Below are positions 12,117-25,116 of a stretch of DNA of 64,000 bases, piece after piece. Location: contig NC_087251.1 in NCBI RefSeq assembly GCF_037042905.1, positions 930,001-994,000 on the forward strand. The letters run 5' to 3'. Positions within the stretch are counted from its first letter, which is position 1. The number at the start of each line of letters is the position of its first letter. The DNA comes from Lytechinus pictus (taxonomy: Eukaryota). The position numbers were made by a program, and so were the translations under genes. The notes below the pieces were generated by a model. The model was not told the DNA's origin. It did no database searches and worked only from the letters and a program-made list of their open reading frames with translations.

Positions 12117-12716
12117 TTAAAGGAGAATGAAACTCTTGGAGCAAGTTAGCTTTTGTGAAAGCAGAAAAATCGAAGAATAAGATCAACAAAAGTTTGAGTA
12201 AAATAGGACTAGCAATAGAAGAGTTATGAGCATTTGAATGTCGAGATCACTAATGCTATGGAGATCCTCCCATTGGCAATGCGACCAAGATCTATGGTGT
12301 CACAGATGAACAACTCTCCCCTTTTGGACACTGAAAATATACCCCAAAACATCTCTTTTTGCTCATTCTAATCATATGACAAACAATTCATCAATGATGT
12401 AATGTTGTGAAACCTCTGTACTTGTCCAGTTGTCCTCTCATAAAGAGAACACCTCACCTTGTGATAGACTCTATAAAAGTGAGAATATAAGTGAAATAAG
12501 TACTAAAGTAATGAGGGAGTTGTACGTGTGTGACATCACAGATCTTGGTCGCATTGCCAATGGGAGGATCTACATGGCATTAGTGATCTCAATATTCAAA
12601 TGCTCATAACTTTCTTATTATTCATTCAATCTTCCTCAAACTTTCAACAATATGTTTCTTTGATTTTTCTCTTTGATATGGATTCAGCTGGTTTCAAGGG
12701 TTTCATTCTCCTTTAA
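12117..12716. mobile_element. TTAA-flanked MITE family B (Kolobok-like)
   Basis: TTAA|AGGAGAATGAAAC...GTTTCATTCTCCT|TTAA with a long internal inverted repeat; near-identical copy at 53425-54016. Confidence 0.85.
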
Positions 12717-15160
12717 TTGAATTGAACCGTTGTCAGATATTGTCATTATTTGAAACATTTGTCATGTTATTTTAATGATAATAATTATACTCATCAGTTC
12801 AAATCATAGAAGCTCAGAGCATTTTTCCCCCTGATATCATTCCCTATCTCCTCCACAATTTTGAACCTATATAAATAAAGTAAAATAAAAATAAATTTAT
12901 TTTACTTCTTTACAACACATACACTGAAATTGAGGAAAAAGTAAGTAGCTTCTTTTTTTCAAAGTTTTATTTTAGTCAAATGAGACAGTTAGGTAAACCC
13001 GGATTGTATAACAACCCTTAAACAGGTACTTTTAATTTTTGCTATCCTCTCGAATCTTAAAACATACAGGGAAAAGATAAATTTGAAAGATTTTTATATG
13101 TTACTTAATATAACCCCCTCCCCCCAAAAAAAAACTACTCGGCATTCCTGAATTCTAATCCCATGTTTGGCATGAAAACATTTTCCAGGTAGACAAATAT
13201 AAAATCAAGCATCAAATTACAATTATATCTTAATGACTGAAATTTATTGCAAATGGAAGTGCGAATGCTTTTTAATGTAAGAATGTCATTAAAAAGTGCT
13301 GGTCTGACAAACTCCAATTTCAAATATTATACATAAAAATGTTTTATGTACAGTAGTAAGAAGTATTTAGTACACTCAACATAAATCTTTTACATGAGAT
13401 TCGGCCATTTCTCACAAGTACATACATCATAAATATTACTAGCCAAAGTTTCCTTGCTCTTTGAAGCACATGTATTTTGCAATGCACGACTGGAGTAAAA
13501 GCACTCAATATATGCACATTTAACTGCTCTAAGAGATGACATTATACACACCACATCTGGGTCTTGTTTACATATATTCAATTAAAGGGTATAATTTGGC
13601 TAAGATTGAAAAAGCTTGATCAATTCAGATGCTTCATACATAAAAGGCAATATATTCATCATGAGGTCTATTTTTATGTTATATTTTTGTGAAATAAAAA
13701 TGTGATATTTTCAGTGATATATCTTGAGCTGTACCTTTAAAGATAAGGAATAAATTTGATATTTTTTTTCAAAACATAGGGAAATTATCTTTAAAACTAT
13801 ATGCTATATTGAAATAATGCCAGTTTGGAGATCAACATGGAATGATGATCAAGAGACATGTATTGTCATTTCATGATTTAGCAGTCTGCAGTACTATTCA
13901 ACCTTCAGTAAGTCTATTCATTGCCAAAGTTGAAGCAAAGTTTCAGATTATATTATGCAATGCATGTGTATTTACTTATATTAAGTCAAAATTTGATAAG
14001 ATTTTGATAAAACATGAAATTCTTATCAAAATTGATTTTAATAAACCTTTTTTTTCCAAATCAAATTCACCATCTGTGACTGGCAGGATAGCCATTTAAT
14101 ATTTGGCTTAATAAGAGGCTAAAAAGAATTTACACTGACATTGTATATACAAACATCTACAGTCATCTATCAATAGCAAGAACAAATAATTTAGCTAAAA
14201 TATGTAGCAAACTGTGAGCATTATTGCATCTATCTTCCTAAATTTATATAGGCCTACATAAAGTGAAAAACTGTGAAGCTACTGATAAGATGAATGGTAG
14301 TACCACAAAATATTTTTGATGGTTGAATTTAATGGAATTTTAGCATAACACTAATTACAGATTGAAGCTTATTTACTTGCTATTCACAAAACGTAAGAAT
14401 TAAAAAAAAAAAAAAAAACACAAGCAGAGTGTCAAATCTATCATGCCCTCTTATTCAGCTCATTTTTTGTTTATATTTGTTTCTGACATGTTTTGAGAAG
14501 TACAAGTAAAAAAATCTTCAGCTTGTCTAAAGTGGTCAGTGTGATGTTTTGGGAAACTACTTGCTACACTGTAGTTTATTGAAACAATACAAACCTTAGG
14601 ATCAATATTTTAAAAATCAAGTAAAATACCACAAAATTATAACACAACAATTAATACCATGTTTTGTTGCAATAAAGTTGGTAAGATACATGAATCTGTA
14701 TGTACATGAACTGATAAATGAACATAATTCTTTATAGTGGGCAAGAATGGCTAGTAATAAACACTGTTAGTTTGATGGTTTATAAATATCCCTTGATATT
14801 AATACTTAATATTTATATCAAATAAAATAAATATCTTAATAAGTATTGAAAGGATGGAATTTAAATTAAATGAATTTCAGTTTCTGTGATATGTAATTAT
14901 GAACAGAAATATGATTGAAATTAAATTTCAGTTGTGGAAAACATTCACATATATATTTAATATCAAATTCCTTGATATATGTAGTTATATGCATGAAAAT
15001 TGAATACATTTTTACATACAGTGAAGGACATACATGTATATATTGCATAATGATTGTACTGGGATTTGAATTTCAGCATTAAATTACAAATAATTTTCTT
15101 AGTCTTTGGTGTGTAAAACACTTGGAAAAGTTCATCTTGTCACAGCTCATAACAATAATG

Positions 15161-15363
15161 AAGGGCAATTCCATAAACTATGTACCTCCAACCCTCTCAA
15201 CCCCTGTATGTGTGACCTAGAAATGGCTTGTCCCTACTTTCTTGTTCATATGAAAAGCTGTAATGCTCTAAAATTATCATTAGAAACAAGCAGTTCACAA
15301 AGAGCAATTAGAAAAATAAGGGTTGGGCATACCAAAGGGATGATTGTCTTATGGAATTTCCCT
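15161..15363. mobile_element. Short MITE with GGGCAATTCCATAA TIRs (Harbinger-like)
   Basis: AGGGCAATTCCATAA...TTATGGAATTTCCCT; related copies at ~19649-19853 and ~49033-49449. Confidence 0.6.
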
Positions 15364-16100
15364 GAATTCAATCACTATTTTGCAATTACACTGGACCCCA
15401 TTTTTAAAAATGAAATGAAAAAAAAAAGTGAGGAAAAAAAAACCCAGCAATAATTCAATTACACTAAGACTATAGTATGGCAACTGTAATCATAAACTTC
15501 TAGTACCTTTTTCTGAATTATTACAGTTTTTAAAGTGTTGCAAGAGATGGATGTGAACAAAATCTAACTTTTCATACACACTCAAATGTCCTGCTAATCA
15601 TGGTGGAAGTAAGTGAATTCAGCAATTTTTCTTTAGCCAAGAAATCAAAGAAGTGGAAGGACTTTAGATCTGTTGTGATCCAATTTTCAAAGAAATGGTC
15701 ATTACATTTGATATGAACATTCCAAGTTTCCAACCTATAAAAACTTAATGATCAAAGTACTGAATAATGGTATGGATATTAAAATTGAAATTCCAGTCTA
15801 TTTCCAGACTCCTTTTAAGATTAAAAGCAAAATCAATTCCAAATCGTCATGACATCATCTGCAACTTGAAGTCCATTTGGACTTTAATCTGATCACAAGG
15901 CTTGCATCAAAGTAGAATACTTGAATTTCCAAAATGAAAAACTCCAATCTGTTTATAAAAAATTACATCTAGTTGGATCAATTAGTGTGCAGCAAATGTA
16001 TTTTTAATGTGAACTCTTTTCTGATGAAGATAGCTGTCTTCAATACTGTCTCAGTCCTCCTTTACTTTAGTCTGACAAATATAATTTTTTATCATAACCC

Positions 16101-16383
16101 TTAAAGGGCAAGTACACCCCAACTAAAAGTTGATTTGAATAAAAATAAAAAAAAATAAAAGAAGCACAAAACTGAAATTTTCATCAAAATCTGATGTCGA
16201 TAACAAAGTTACACAATTTTAAAGTTTCATTTAATTTTACAAAACAATTATATGCACATCCTGGTCGATATGCAAATTAAGGGGAATGATGACATCACCC
16301 ACTCATTATTTATTTTGCATATCATTATGTGAAATTTTTTTTTTTTTTTCTTCTCATTTTTCTGGGGTAGACTTGACCTTTAA
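16101..16383. mobile_element. MITE family A, internally deleted copy
   Basis: TTAAAGGGCAAGTACACCCC...GGGGTAGACTTGACCTTTAA. Confidence 0.75.
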
Positions 16384-16482
16384 TACCTCATAGATGTATC
16401 TTTTGAGTTGTAATATGAATAATGCAAATTAACCGATGATCAAAGCATACTACTTTCAAGGTAATATATTTGTGCTTTTTAA

Positions 16483-17235
16483 TTACTTGATAATGGGAGG
16501 TAAACTATAAACAGGATCTTCTAGTTTTCTTGTTCTTTGTGACCCTCTAGCTGATTTCTCTTTTTGTTTTGTTTTCATAGAACTTCTTGAAGAATCTGCC
16601 TCCATTCTGTTAGACCATTCTTTCTGCAATTTCTCAGAAGACCTTATGCTCTGACTATTGTTTGGCAGATGGTTCTTTCTTGCACTAATTTTGGCATTAT
16701 GTTCATTCTGGGAGCTGTACGCAACATGAGGACTATGTCTGAATTTATCACGCTCTTTTCTGTTCACTTCGGCAATTTTGAATTCATTCTCTTGCCGAAC
16801 AACCTTATCATGTTGATGATGTTGGGGATCATGCTTATTTTGTTGTCTTGTTGACACTTCTTGCTTGGCTACAACATGTGACTCTACATGTAATACTGCA
16901 CCTTTTTGATGAAGTAAATGCGTTTTATGGTATTGATGGTTTCTTTGTGCTTCATGATGATGTGTGCGCTCAAACTGTTCAAATTCATCTCGGATTACTT
17001 GGAGGGCATCATCATGCCCATGCTTGTGATGCCGATGTTTCTTTCCTTTCCTGTCTTTCTCCCGATGTTCTTTGTTCCTGAGTGAGTCTTGACCATCAGG
17101 TCTATGTCTTTCAATGCTTGGATTCTGAATGGATCGTGATGAATGCCTGTGCTTGGGATGCAGACATTCATCATCTTTATTGCCCTCTGATATATTGCTG
17201 GATCTTAGGGACGTTTTCTGCAATTCTTTCTCCTT
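16483..17235 (-). CDS. Terminal coding exon of an uncharacterised His/Lys/Arg/Glu-rich protein
   Basis: 250 open codons starting exactly at a very strong polypyrimidine tract + CAG acceptor (17236-17290). KEKELQKT...VYSLPPIIK*. No recognised domain. Confidence 0.65.
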   Translation of the reverse strand, partial: KEKELQKTSLRSSNISEGNKDDECLHPKHRHSSRSIQNPSIERHRPDGQDSLRNKEHREKDRKGKKHRHHKHGHDDALQVIRDEFEQFERTHHHEAQRNHQYHKTHLLHQKGAVLHVESHVVAKQEVSTRQQNKHDPQHHQHDKVVRQENEFKIAEVNRKERDKFRHSPHVAYSSQNEHNAKISARKNHLPNNSQSIRSSEKLQKEWSNRMEADSSRSSMKTKQKEKSARGSQRTRKLEDPVYSLPPIIK

Positions 17236-17724
17236 CTGAAAAAGCAAAAAGAAAAAAAACAAGAAAACAAGAAAAAAAAAAGAAAATTTGAAAACCAACA
17301 AAACACAAGAAAAAGGGCAATTTTCACACCAAAAAGTCAAATTCCAAAACATAATTTTCAAAAATAACAAAAATATATATAAATACCTGCAATATTTATG
17401 CTCTTGATATGACTGAAATTTGATAAAAATTTTCAAAATCAATCTTTATTTCCGGCTCTGTGATATGTGATCACTAAAGATACTGAGTGTTCAATTTTTT
17501 AATTCCTGGGTACATGAGCAACATGCAAACCAAACATGGTATGACTTTTATAGCATGTGCATATTTGACTTCTATAAAGGAAGCTGTCATGAAAGAAGCA
17601 TGCAACTGTTTGTTTTTCCTCTTAGTTTGTTAAATTAAATGTATGGTCCATAATTTGCAAACAATTTGACAGATGAATAGCAGCTAATATTGCCATAGCT
17701 TGGTAAATATTCAATTCTAATCTT

Positions 17725-18306
17725 TTAAAGGACAAGTTTGATTTAAATAAAAAGAGAAAAATCCAACAAGCATAACACAGAGAATTTCATCAAAATCCAA
17801 TGTAAAATGAGAAAGTTATGACATTTTTAAGTTTGGCTTAATTTTGCAAAACAGTTATATGCACATCCTGGTCTGTATGCAAATGAGGGGACTAATTGAC
17901 ATCATCCACTCACTATTTCTTTTGTATTTTATTATATGAAATTTTCTAATTGTCTCCTCATGGTAATGTGAAAGAAGTTTTAATATTGCCTGGTTATGTG
18001 GAATTACCATTGTTTTAACATTTTATTGTTCAGTCAAGTTGGTCCTTTTTGTCAAATTTGTAAAATTGAAATATTGTATAATTCAAAAAATAAAAAAAGA
18101 AACGGTGAGGGACATCATCAACTCTCTCGTTTGCATGTCACTGAGTTCTGCATATAACAGTTTTGTGAAAAGTAAGCAAAACTTTAAAATGTCATAACTT
18201 TCTTATTTTACATCTGATTTTGATGAAATTTTCAACATTATGCTTGTTGGATTTTTCTCTATTTGATTAAAATCCAAAAGAATTCTGGGGTGGACTAGAC
18301 CTTTAA
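17725..18306. mobile_element. MITE family A copy
   Basis: TTAAAGGACAAGT...GGGGTGGACTAGACCTTTAA; body matches other copies. Confidence 0.78.
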
Positions 18307-19225
18307 TATTAAAATTAAATTTTGCACAGTTTTTTGAATAAGTTAAATAGGCTTTTAGCACTTTTGTACATGTAAACTAATAGATTGTACACTGATTAGC
18401 AAATCAAAGCTATAACGGTTCCCTTACCCTAAGTGAGCGTCTTATATCATCTTGAGTACACGACGCCCCTCGTGATATCAGTCGGGATTCCACACATGGC
18501 TGATTCGTCTCAATCTTTCTCTTTACTGAAAAGACAAAAATTAAATAAATACTTTTTTTTTAACACAAATTTGAATCTTTTCCCAGGTTACCTTAATCAC
18601 TTCACAATAATACATATCTCAAGTGGTTTTTTTCTGATTAATTCAAGACAACAATGTTGTGATTGTGTTGTATTCTTTTATAATTTGTATGTTGTAGTTA
18701 TTCTTTTAATCAAATGATACAGAATTTTGATGAAATTTGTGTTTTGAATGAAGAAGATAGTGACCAGGCAAGTATACAATGTAAGCTGGGGAATAAAAAA
18801 AAAAAAAAAAATTATCATTTAATCATACAATTCAGAAGTGATGGCAAAAATAAAAAAAATATATATAAAATAGATTATTAGTCTCATTTGTGTTTTCTGA
18901 TGACTTTTTGGAAATGAAACCACACATGATAACATATCAACTGTCTCTTCTAACCAATGCTATTCATCAACACCCAGGACAGCTCCTGCACAACTGTGCA
19001 CAGTACTAGTAGATGTAGCATTAATCTAATTTTCATTACTCTACACTTTCAAATTATTTTATATAATCCATTCACTAAACCATGTTTCTGAATGTATTTT
19101 AGCCAAATCTGAACAAATCTGCTAAATTTGACATCAGAATTATTTTTAATTCATCTGACAAAGTACTTCACAAAGTGTCAACTCCCTATTTGAAGTGGAC
19201 TGTATTTATTATGAAACTTATTTAC

Positions 19226-19270
19226 CATAGGTTGTACTGGTGGAGACACCTTGGCAGTTAGTAGGTACAT
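19226..19270 (-). CDS. Putative first coding segment of the orphan gene (within exon 19226-19447)
   Basis: Exon bounded by tttataacacag and gtaaat. All frames have stops upstream. ATG at 19270 gives MYLLTAKVSPPVQPM, phase 0 onto 17235. Upstream ATGs make the start uncertain. Confidence 0.42.
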
Positions 19271-20932
19271 ACTGCTGGGATGGAGTACTGGCTGGGCACA
19301 CTTGCCCCATCGGACATATATTACATCACATGCTGATTATTACCATGGTAACCAGATGGATTACAGGAATGATGGTGAGATGAGTGGACTGCTAATGGTG
19401 GAGATGATGATGGATTAGGTAACCATGAAACCTGGCAAATACCCAACCTGTGTTATAAAGGAAAAAAAGAGGCTTAGTAATAGAATTTGAAATGAAGCAT
19501 ATAATCACTATCTATTTGTTGTACTGATATGCCAAAAGTATGAATAATTATACATGTAAGATAACAAAAATATATATTATTTGAACATGTAAAAATTACT
19601 TTCAATACACATTTTAAGCAAATAAATACAAACACTTTATAGCTTTATAGGGCAATTCCATAACATATGTACATCATCCGTCCCCCTATAGGTGGGACCT
19701 TCATGAAATTTTCTGTCTCTAATTTCTTGTTCTTTTGACAGTCTGTAATGTTCTCAAAGGACAATGACTTGGTCAGTTTATAAAGTGAAGTAGGACTTGA
19801 GAAAAATGGGGGTCGGACATACAAAAAGGTTGATCATTTTATGTAATTGCCCTATAGAGAAATTTGGGAAGTCCTATTATTATTCAGTATGATGTTCCTT
19901 CTTGAATACTCTGTGATATTATTTGTTTGGCGTCACATGTGCCTGGGAGGCAAAAAGCGAACTGAATCACTATGACCCCCAGGTCTCTCCTCCCGATATA
20001 ACTGATTGAGTGCAGGTGGACCACTACACCGGGGTTTCCCCTTAAGTCAAGTAAACACTCAAGAATAAACGAGAACAATGGCAGTCATATTTAATTTGTA
20101 TTAGGAATGTACCAGATGTAGCAAATTACTATGCCATATCCATATTCCATACCCCCCCCAAAAAAAAAAAAAAAAAATGAACGGAAACTGAGAAAATTTA
20201 AAATCTTGAAAATATTTTTTTTCATCCAACCAATAATACCGTACATGTATAAAACTATTACAAAATTTAATGTGTTGTCTATTTCATGCAATGGTATTAA
20301 AATAAATTTTAAATCTAACAGAACATGAACTACAACTCTTTTTCTTAATCCAAACAGAGGCAAAAAATCTTTGCTGCTAGGAATTAATTTATAAACAATT
20401 CAAACTTCTGATCATTTCAATGTTCTTTCAAGAGATTGTTTCTACACGCAATAAAACCAGAAATAAATTTGATGTCCATGATAAAGCTTGTCAGAATGTA
20501 CCAGGTTGATGGTTCACAATGATTCAACAAAGTCAGTATTTAGTTTCAATTTTTTTAAGTAGGGCTTACAAGTTAAACTTACATGATTGAAAGCATTTAA
20601 AAAAATGTTGTTTTTATTTCACTTGGTATCATTTTCACATAACTCATACATATGTAGATATAAAATTCTGTGTGAATGAATTATCTCACTTTATAATCGG
20701 TGACACAACATCTGTCCCCCCCCCCCTTTGGCAATTGCTCCGGGCTTAATTTCGTAAAGATAAAGGGTTAGGGTTGTAATCGGATTTAATGTTAGGTTTA
20801 AGGTTAAGTTTAGGGTTGAGTGTAGTGTTAAATCAAGGTATCCCAAATTTTGTTGGGTAGACACTTGTAGAAAGTTGATGAAGGACACCTGGGGTGAATG
20901 GGGAATGGAAAGTTAAAAAGCTATGACCATGT

Positions 20933-21530
20933 TTAAAGGACGATTCCACCCCAACAAAAAGTTGATTTGAATAAAAAGAGACAATCCAACAAGCATAACA
21001 CTGAAAATTTCATCAAAATCGGATGTAAAATAAAAAAAGTTATGAAATTTTAAAGTTTCGCTTTAATAATTTCACAAAACAGTTATATGCACATCCTGGC
21101 TGGTATGCAAATGAGGAGACTATGACGTCATCCACTCACTATTTCTTTTGGATTTTATTATATGAAATATTCTAACTTCCTCCTCATTGTCAAGTGATAC
21201 AACAATTAATTCCTCCCTGAACATGTGGAATTAGCATTGTTTAATACTATAAGGTTCAGTCAGGTTGGTCCTTATTGTCAAATCTATGAAAAATGAAATA
21301 TTGTGTAATTCAAACAATACAAAACAAAAGAAACAGTGAGTGATGGACATCATCGACTGACTCACGTAGTTGTGCATATATCACTGTTTTGTGAAAAATA
21401 AGCGAAACTTTAAAATGTCATAACTTTCTTATTTTACATCCAATTTTGATGAAATTTTCAGCATTATGCTAGCTTGATTTCTCTCTATTTATTCAAGCCA
21501 ACATTTTCCTGGGGTGGACTTGACCTTTAA
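20933..21530. mobile_element. MITE family A copy
   Basis: TTAAAGGACGATTCCACCCC...GGGGTGGACTTGACCTTTAA. Confidence 0.82.
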
Positions 21531-24500
21531 ATTAAATGCAAATTTCAGATCTGTAACATTCTCAAAATAAGTTCCAAAAAGTATCCAGTGAAATGACAAC
21601 CCAAGTGTAAAAAAAAAATCATGTGCTAAATAATTCTGGAAGAAAATTTGTAACTGCTGAGAAATGTGAAAAAAAGGGTCTTTTCCAAGCAATAACAAAG
21701 GTTCACACATCAGCATATCAGTGTTGGTAATCTTTAGTGTGTTACATGTAGCTTCTTAGCATAGATTTCATCATTCTACAGACTATCAAATCGAATTTGC
21801 TCGCTGAAAGTACTTGAAATATAGCTTTGAAATAACCAAGTACAGATGTAGATCAGTGTGATAACTGTTTTCCTCTTGAAATTATTGCTCACTGCAACTA
21901 CTCAATCTTGGCTTCAAATGCTTCAATTTCTGACCATCGTGAAATATGCAAATGAGCAATGACACAGACGTGAGGAGGCACCCAAGGCACTGTTTTCTGT
22001 TTTTATCAAGAACACATTCCATCAATTCATTAGCATTCTACTTTGCCAGTGATGAAAGAGAAGATTAAAGCAGGCACGGATCTGCAAGGTGATTTGTGTG
22101 TTCACACAATTTTGTCATGAACATGAATCATGAATCAGAACATAGCTACACCGGGAGAGCATTAAAATTATCTTTTTATCGACACTGCTGATTACTCCCT
22201 CATTTCAATTCCTACACATTGCAGCTGTGAAGCATTACATGTATGTGCAGTGCAATTCAGGAATTATAGATTATTTATTGAGCAATACTGATTTCAGTGC
22301 AGTATGCAGCATAGCCTTAGGCAAGAAAACTTAACTGAAATCAAGCAATATTGAGACATACAATGTAGAGATGCTGATGATGATGGCTGTTAGTAACTTC
22401 AGTTTATGATATGGAACTGCTCTATGTGTCCCCAATACATGTATATAGCCAAGTGTTAAGCTACAACAAAGCAGGAGGTCCCATTTTGACAAATCTGGTA
22501 TGAACCGGCTGCTCTACCAATGAGCCAACATGCCATGCAAAACATCATAAAATCATTAGTACTAAAATCCCTGATCAACATGTACCAATCCTTCTGCAGG
22601 AATATAATATCTTTATGAAATAGTTCAAAATACACCCTATTTGGCATACAGTGTAAGTCTGTATTTTCTTAAATTTATGATACTAGCATGAACGTAATCT
22701 TTAAAAAAAATCTTAAAATGTTTCTGAAAACCATGAATTTGTAAGTTGGTTAAATACTGTGTATTGCTTGAACAGAGAGCTCAGTATGACCCCACCTTCA
22801 ATCAAGCAGTCCCAATCAATATCCTCTATACACAACCCATGGATGGATAGTGGAGGTGCATCTATAATGAGAACAGACCACTCAATCTATTATTCCCTAT
22901 GCGTACAGCAATAAATCCAACAACAAAAAATCTCTGACTAAACTGTACAGTCAGTCAGTCAGTCAGTCACTACTCTTTTCTTTCAAAATGAGAACTGCAA
23001 AGTCTAAAATCTCTCAGCTCACATAGATACAATTGCCTGGAAAATAAAAAATAAAATAAGCATAGCATAGCAGATAATCATGGGTATTTTACACACACAC
23101 AATAAAATAAAGCAATACATTCTTAACATTTATGGGTGGAAAATCACATTAGTCTCTACTGTCTACAGTTTTCAGATCATAGTTTTATGAGAGACAAATG
23201 CTATTAATATTCCACTACGAGTATTACATGTCACCCGAAATGTATTAGTCCAGGAATGCATTAGTGCAAATCTCACTGATAAAATTCATGCAGCCTGAAC
23301 GCATTTCTCACATCACATCATGTGTACTAACCTTTCAGAATAAGACAGTTTTTCTTCTTTTCCTTAATCTACTGAATCACTATCCAACTGTACATGTGCA
23401 TCATCTACTGAAGAAAGACTCCACTAAAAGGAAAACTTAAGTCTAAACTAAGAGAATACAGGTCCTTGACTTGCTTCACAATTGCTCTTCACATCTCAAT
23501 TGAAAGGGTTCTAAGAGCCAATCTCCAAGCCTCTAGGGTTTTCTCAATTCTTTCAAAGGAAGAACTTTACTAGTTCAATGAATGACCCTTCTGCATACTG
23601 TCCCATTCACTTTAAGTATAACTGCCAATATTTAGAGTTTTGTTTTCAGTGACAGGGAATGTTGATGGATTGCCATTGATACAGATGGTGGTTTACTATG
23701 CTCACAAAAGTCACAATAAAGTCTGATTTTTGGAGAATACATGATAAACAGTAAATCGAAAGGAGCTTGCTGTGGAAAACATGTACATAATACACAGCAT
23801 AAATCATAACTGAAATGACTGTGTTGATTTACAACGTACAGTGTAGTTCAACAAATACCTTCCAAATGTTATTTCTAATCGATACAATACTGCCACCAAT
23901 AAATTAATATAATTTACTTACATGTAGGCCTAGGTAAAAGTGACAAGGCAAATTATAAAACATGGAAAAAAAAACAAAAAAGTGTGAAATAAATATTTTG
24001 GAATTGGGAAAATATTTACAGAAACAATGATGAAAATCATGAATCCTGACATTGAGGCACAAAACTGGACCCTCCCCAAAAAAGGCAAAGTTAGACCTCC
24101 ATTCTGGGTATCGATCGGCCATTTTATTTTCAATTTTTGAAGAAGGAGAACGAACATGACAGAAATTTTCCTTTTTTTGAGGGTCCAGTTTGTGCCTCTA
24201 TGTCAGGATTCTGTGTCACGATAGACTTTCATCCATATAATCGAGGTAAGTGCATAATTCATTTTCCCCCCTTTATTTGGGGTGCTATTGCGACCCCATT
24301 CTACCCCATTTTGGAGAGTAACAGCTGCCTAATATTACACGGACGAGTCCTGGGGCTTACCGTGTAATTCACCATACCCACGGTAGTAGCGTGAAGTATG
24401 GTCTAAATAATTTTAAGAATAAATAGTTAAAACAGAAATTAAGCACTTACCACGATTATATGGATGAAGGTCTAACGAGTGGCAGCTTCCTGACATCGAG

Positions 24501-25116
24501 GCACAGACTGGAACCTCAAAAAACAAAAAGTTCTGTCGCGGTTGCTCTCCTTCTTTCAGAATTCAAAACAAAATGGCCGATCGAGACCGAGGCTATAGCA
24601 CTAGCGCATATAGACTTTGTCAAATTCGCGCATGTGCCCTACACCCTCGGTACTGGTCTCGAACGGCCATTTTGCTATGAATTCTGAAAGAAGGAGAGCT
24701 ACCGCGACAGAACTTTTTGTTTTTTGAGGTTCCAGTCTGTGCCTCGATGTCAGGCCCGGGGGGGGGGGGGGGGGGGGCACTCAGTATATAATGCATAGTG
24801 GGTATGTGCCGCGGAGGGGACCCCCATTTTTACACTCAAATTTCCGTTCCAAGGCATAGCATTTTTGTCTTATCGAGAAAAAGAAGAAAGAAAGCCGCTC
24901 CAAAGCATAGCATTTTCTTCTTATCGAGAAAAAAGAAATCCGCTCCAAAGCTTCGCATATTTTCGTTACGCCGTTCCGGTCGCATTGATCTGCTACAATG
25001 AGCTGCAATTTTGGTGAAAAGCGGCCGCAGAGCGCTGTCCGACCATTGTCTCTGCTCGAGCGCACCCGGCGGAGGCCGCGCTAGCCGGATCATGCACGCA
25101 TGCCCTTTCCATAGGG

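Noticed and set aside
17236..17442. Hydrophobic N-terminus of ORF 16483-17442 as a signal or membrane segment
   Set aside because: It is the intron's polypyrimidine tract read in frame; the exon starts at 17235.
20766..20818. Interstitial telomere
   Set aside because: Only a few degenerate TTAGGG-like units, in what looks like a small repeat fragment.
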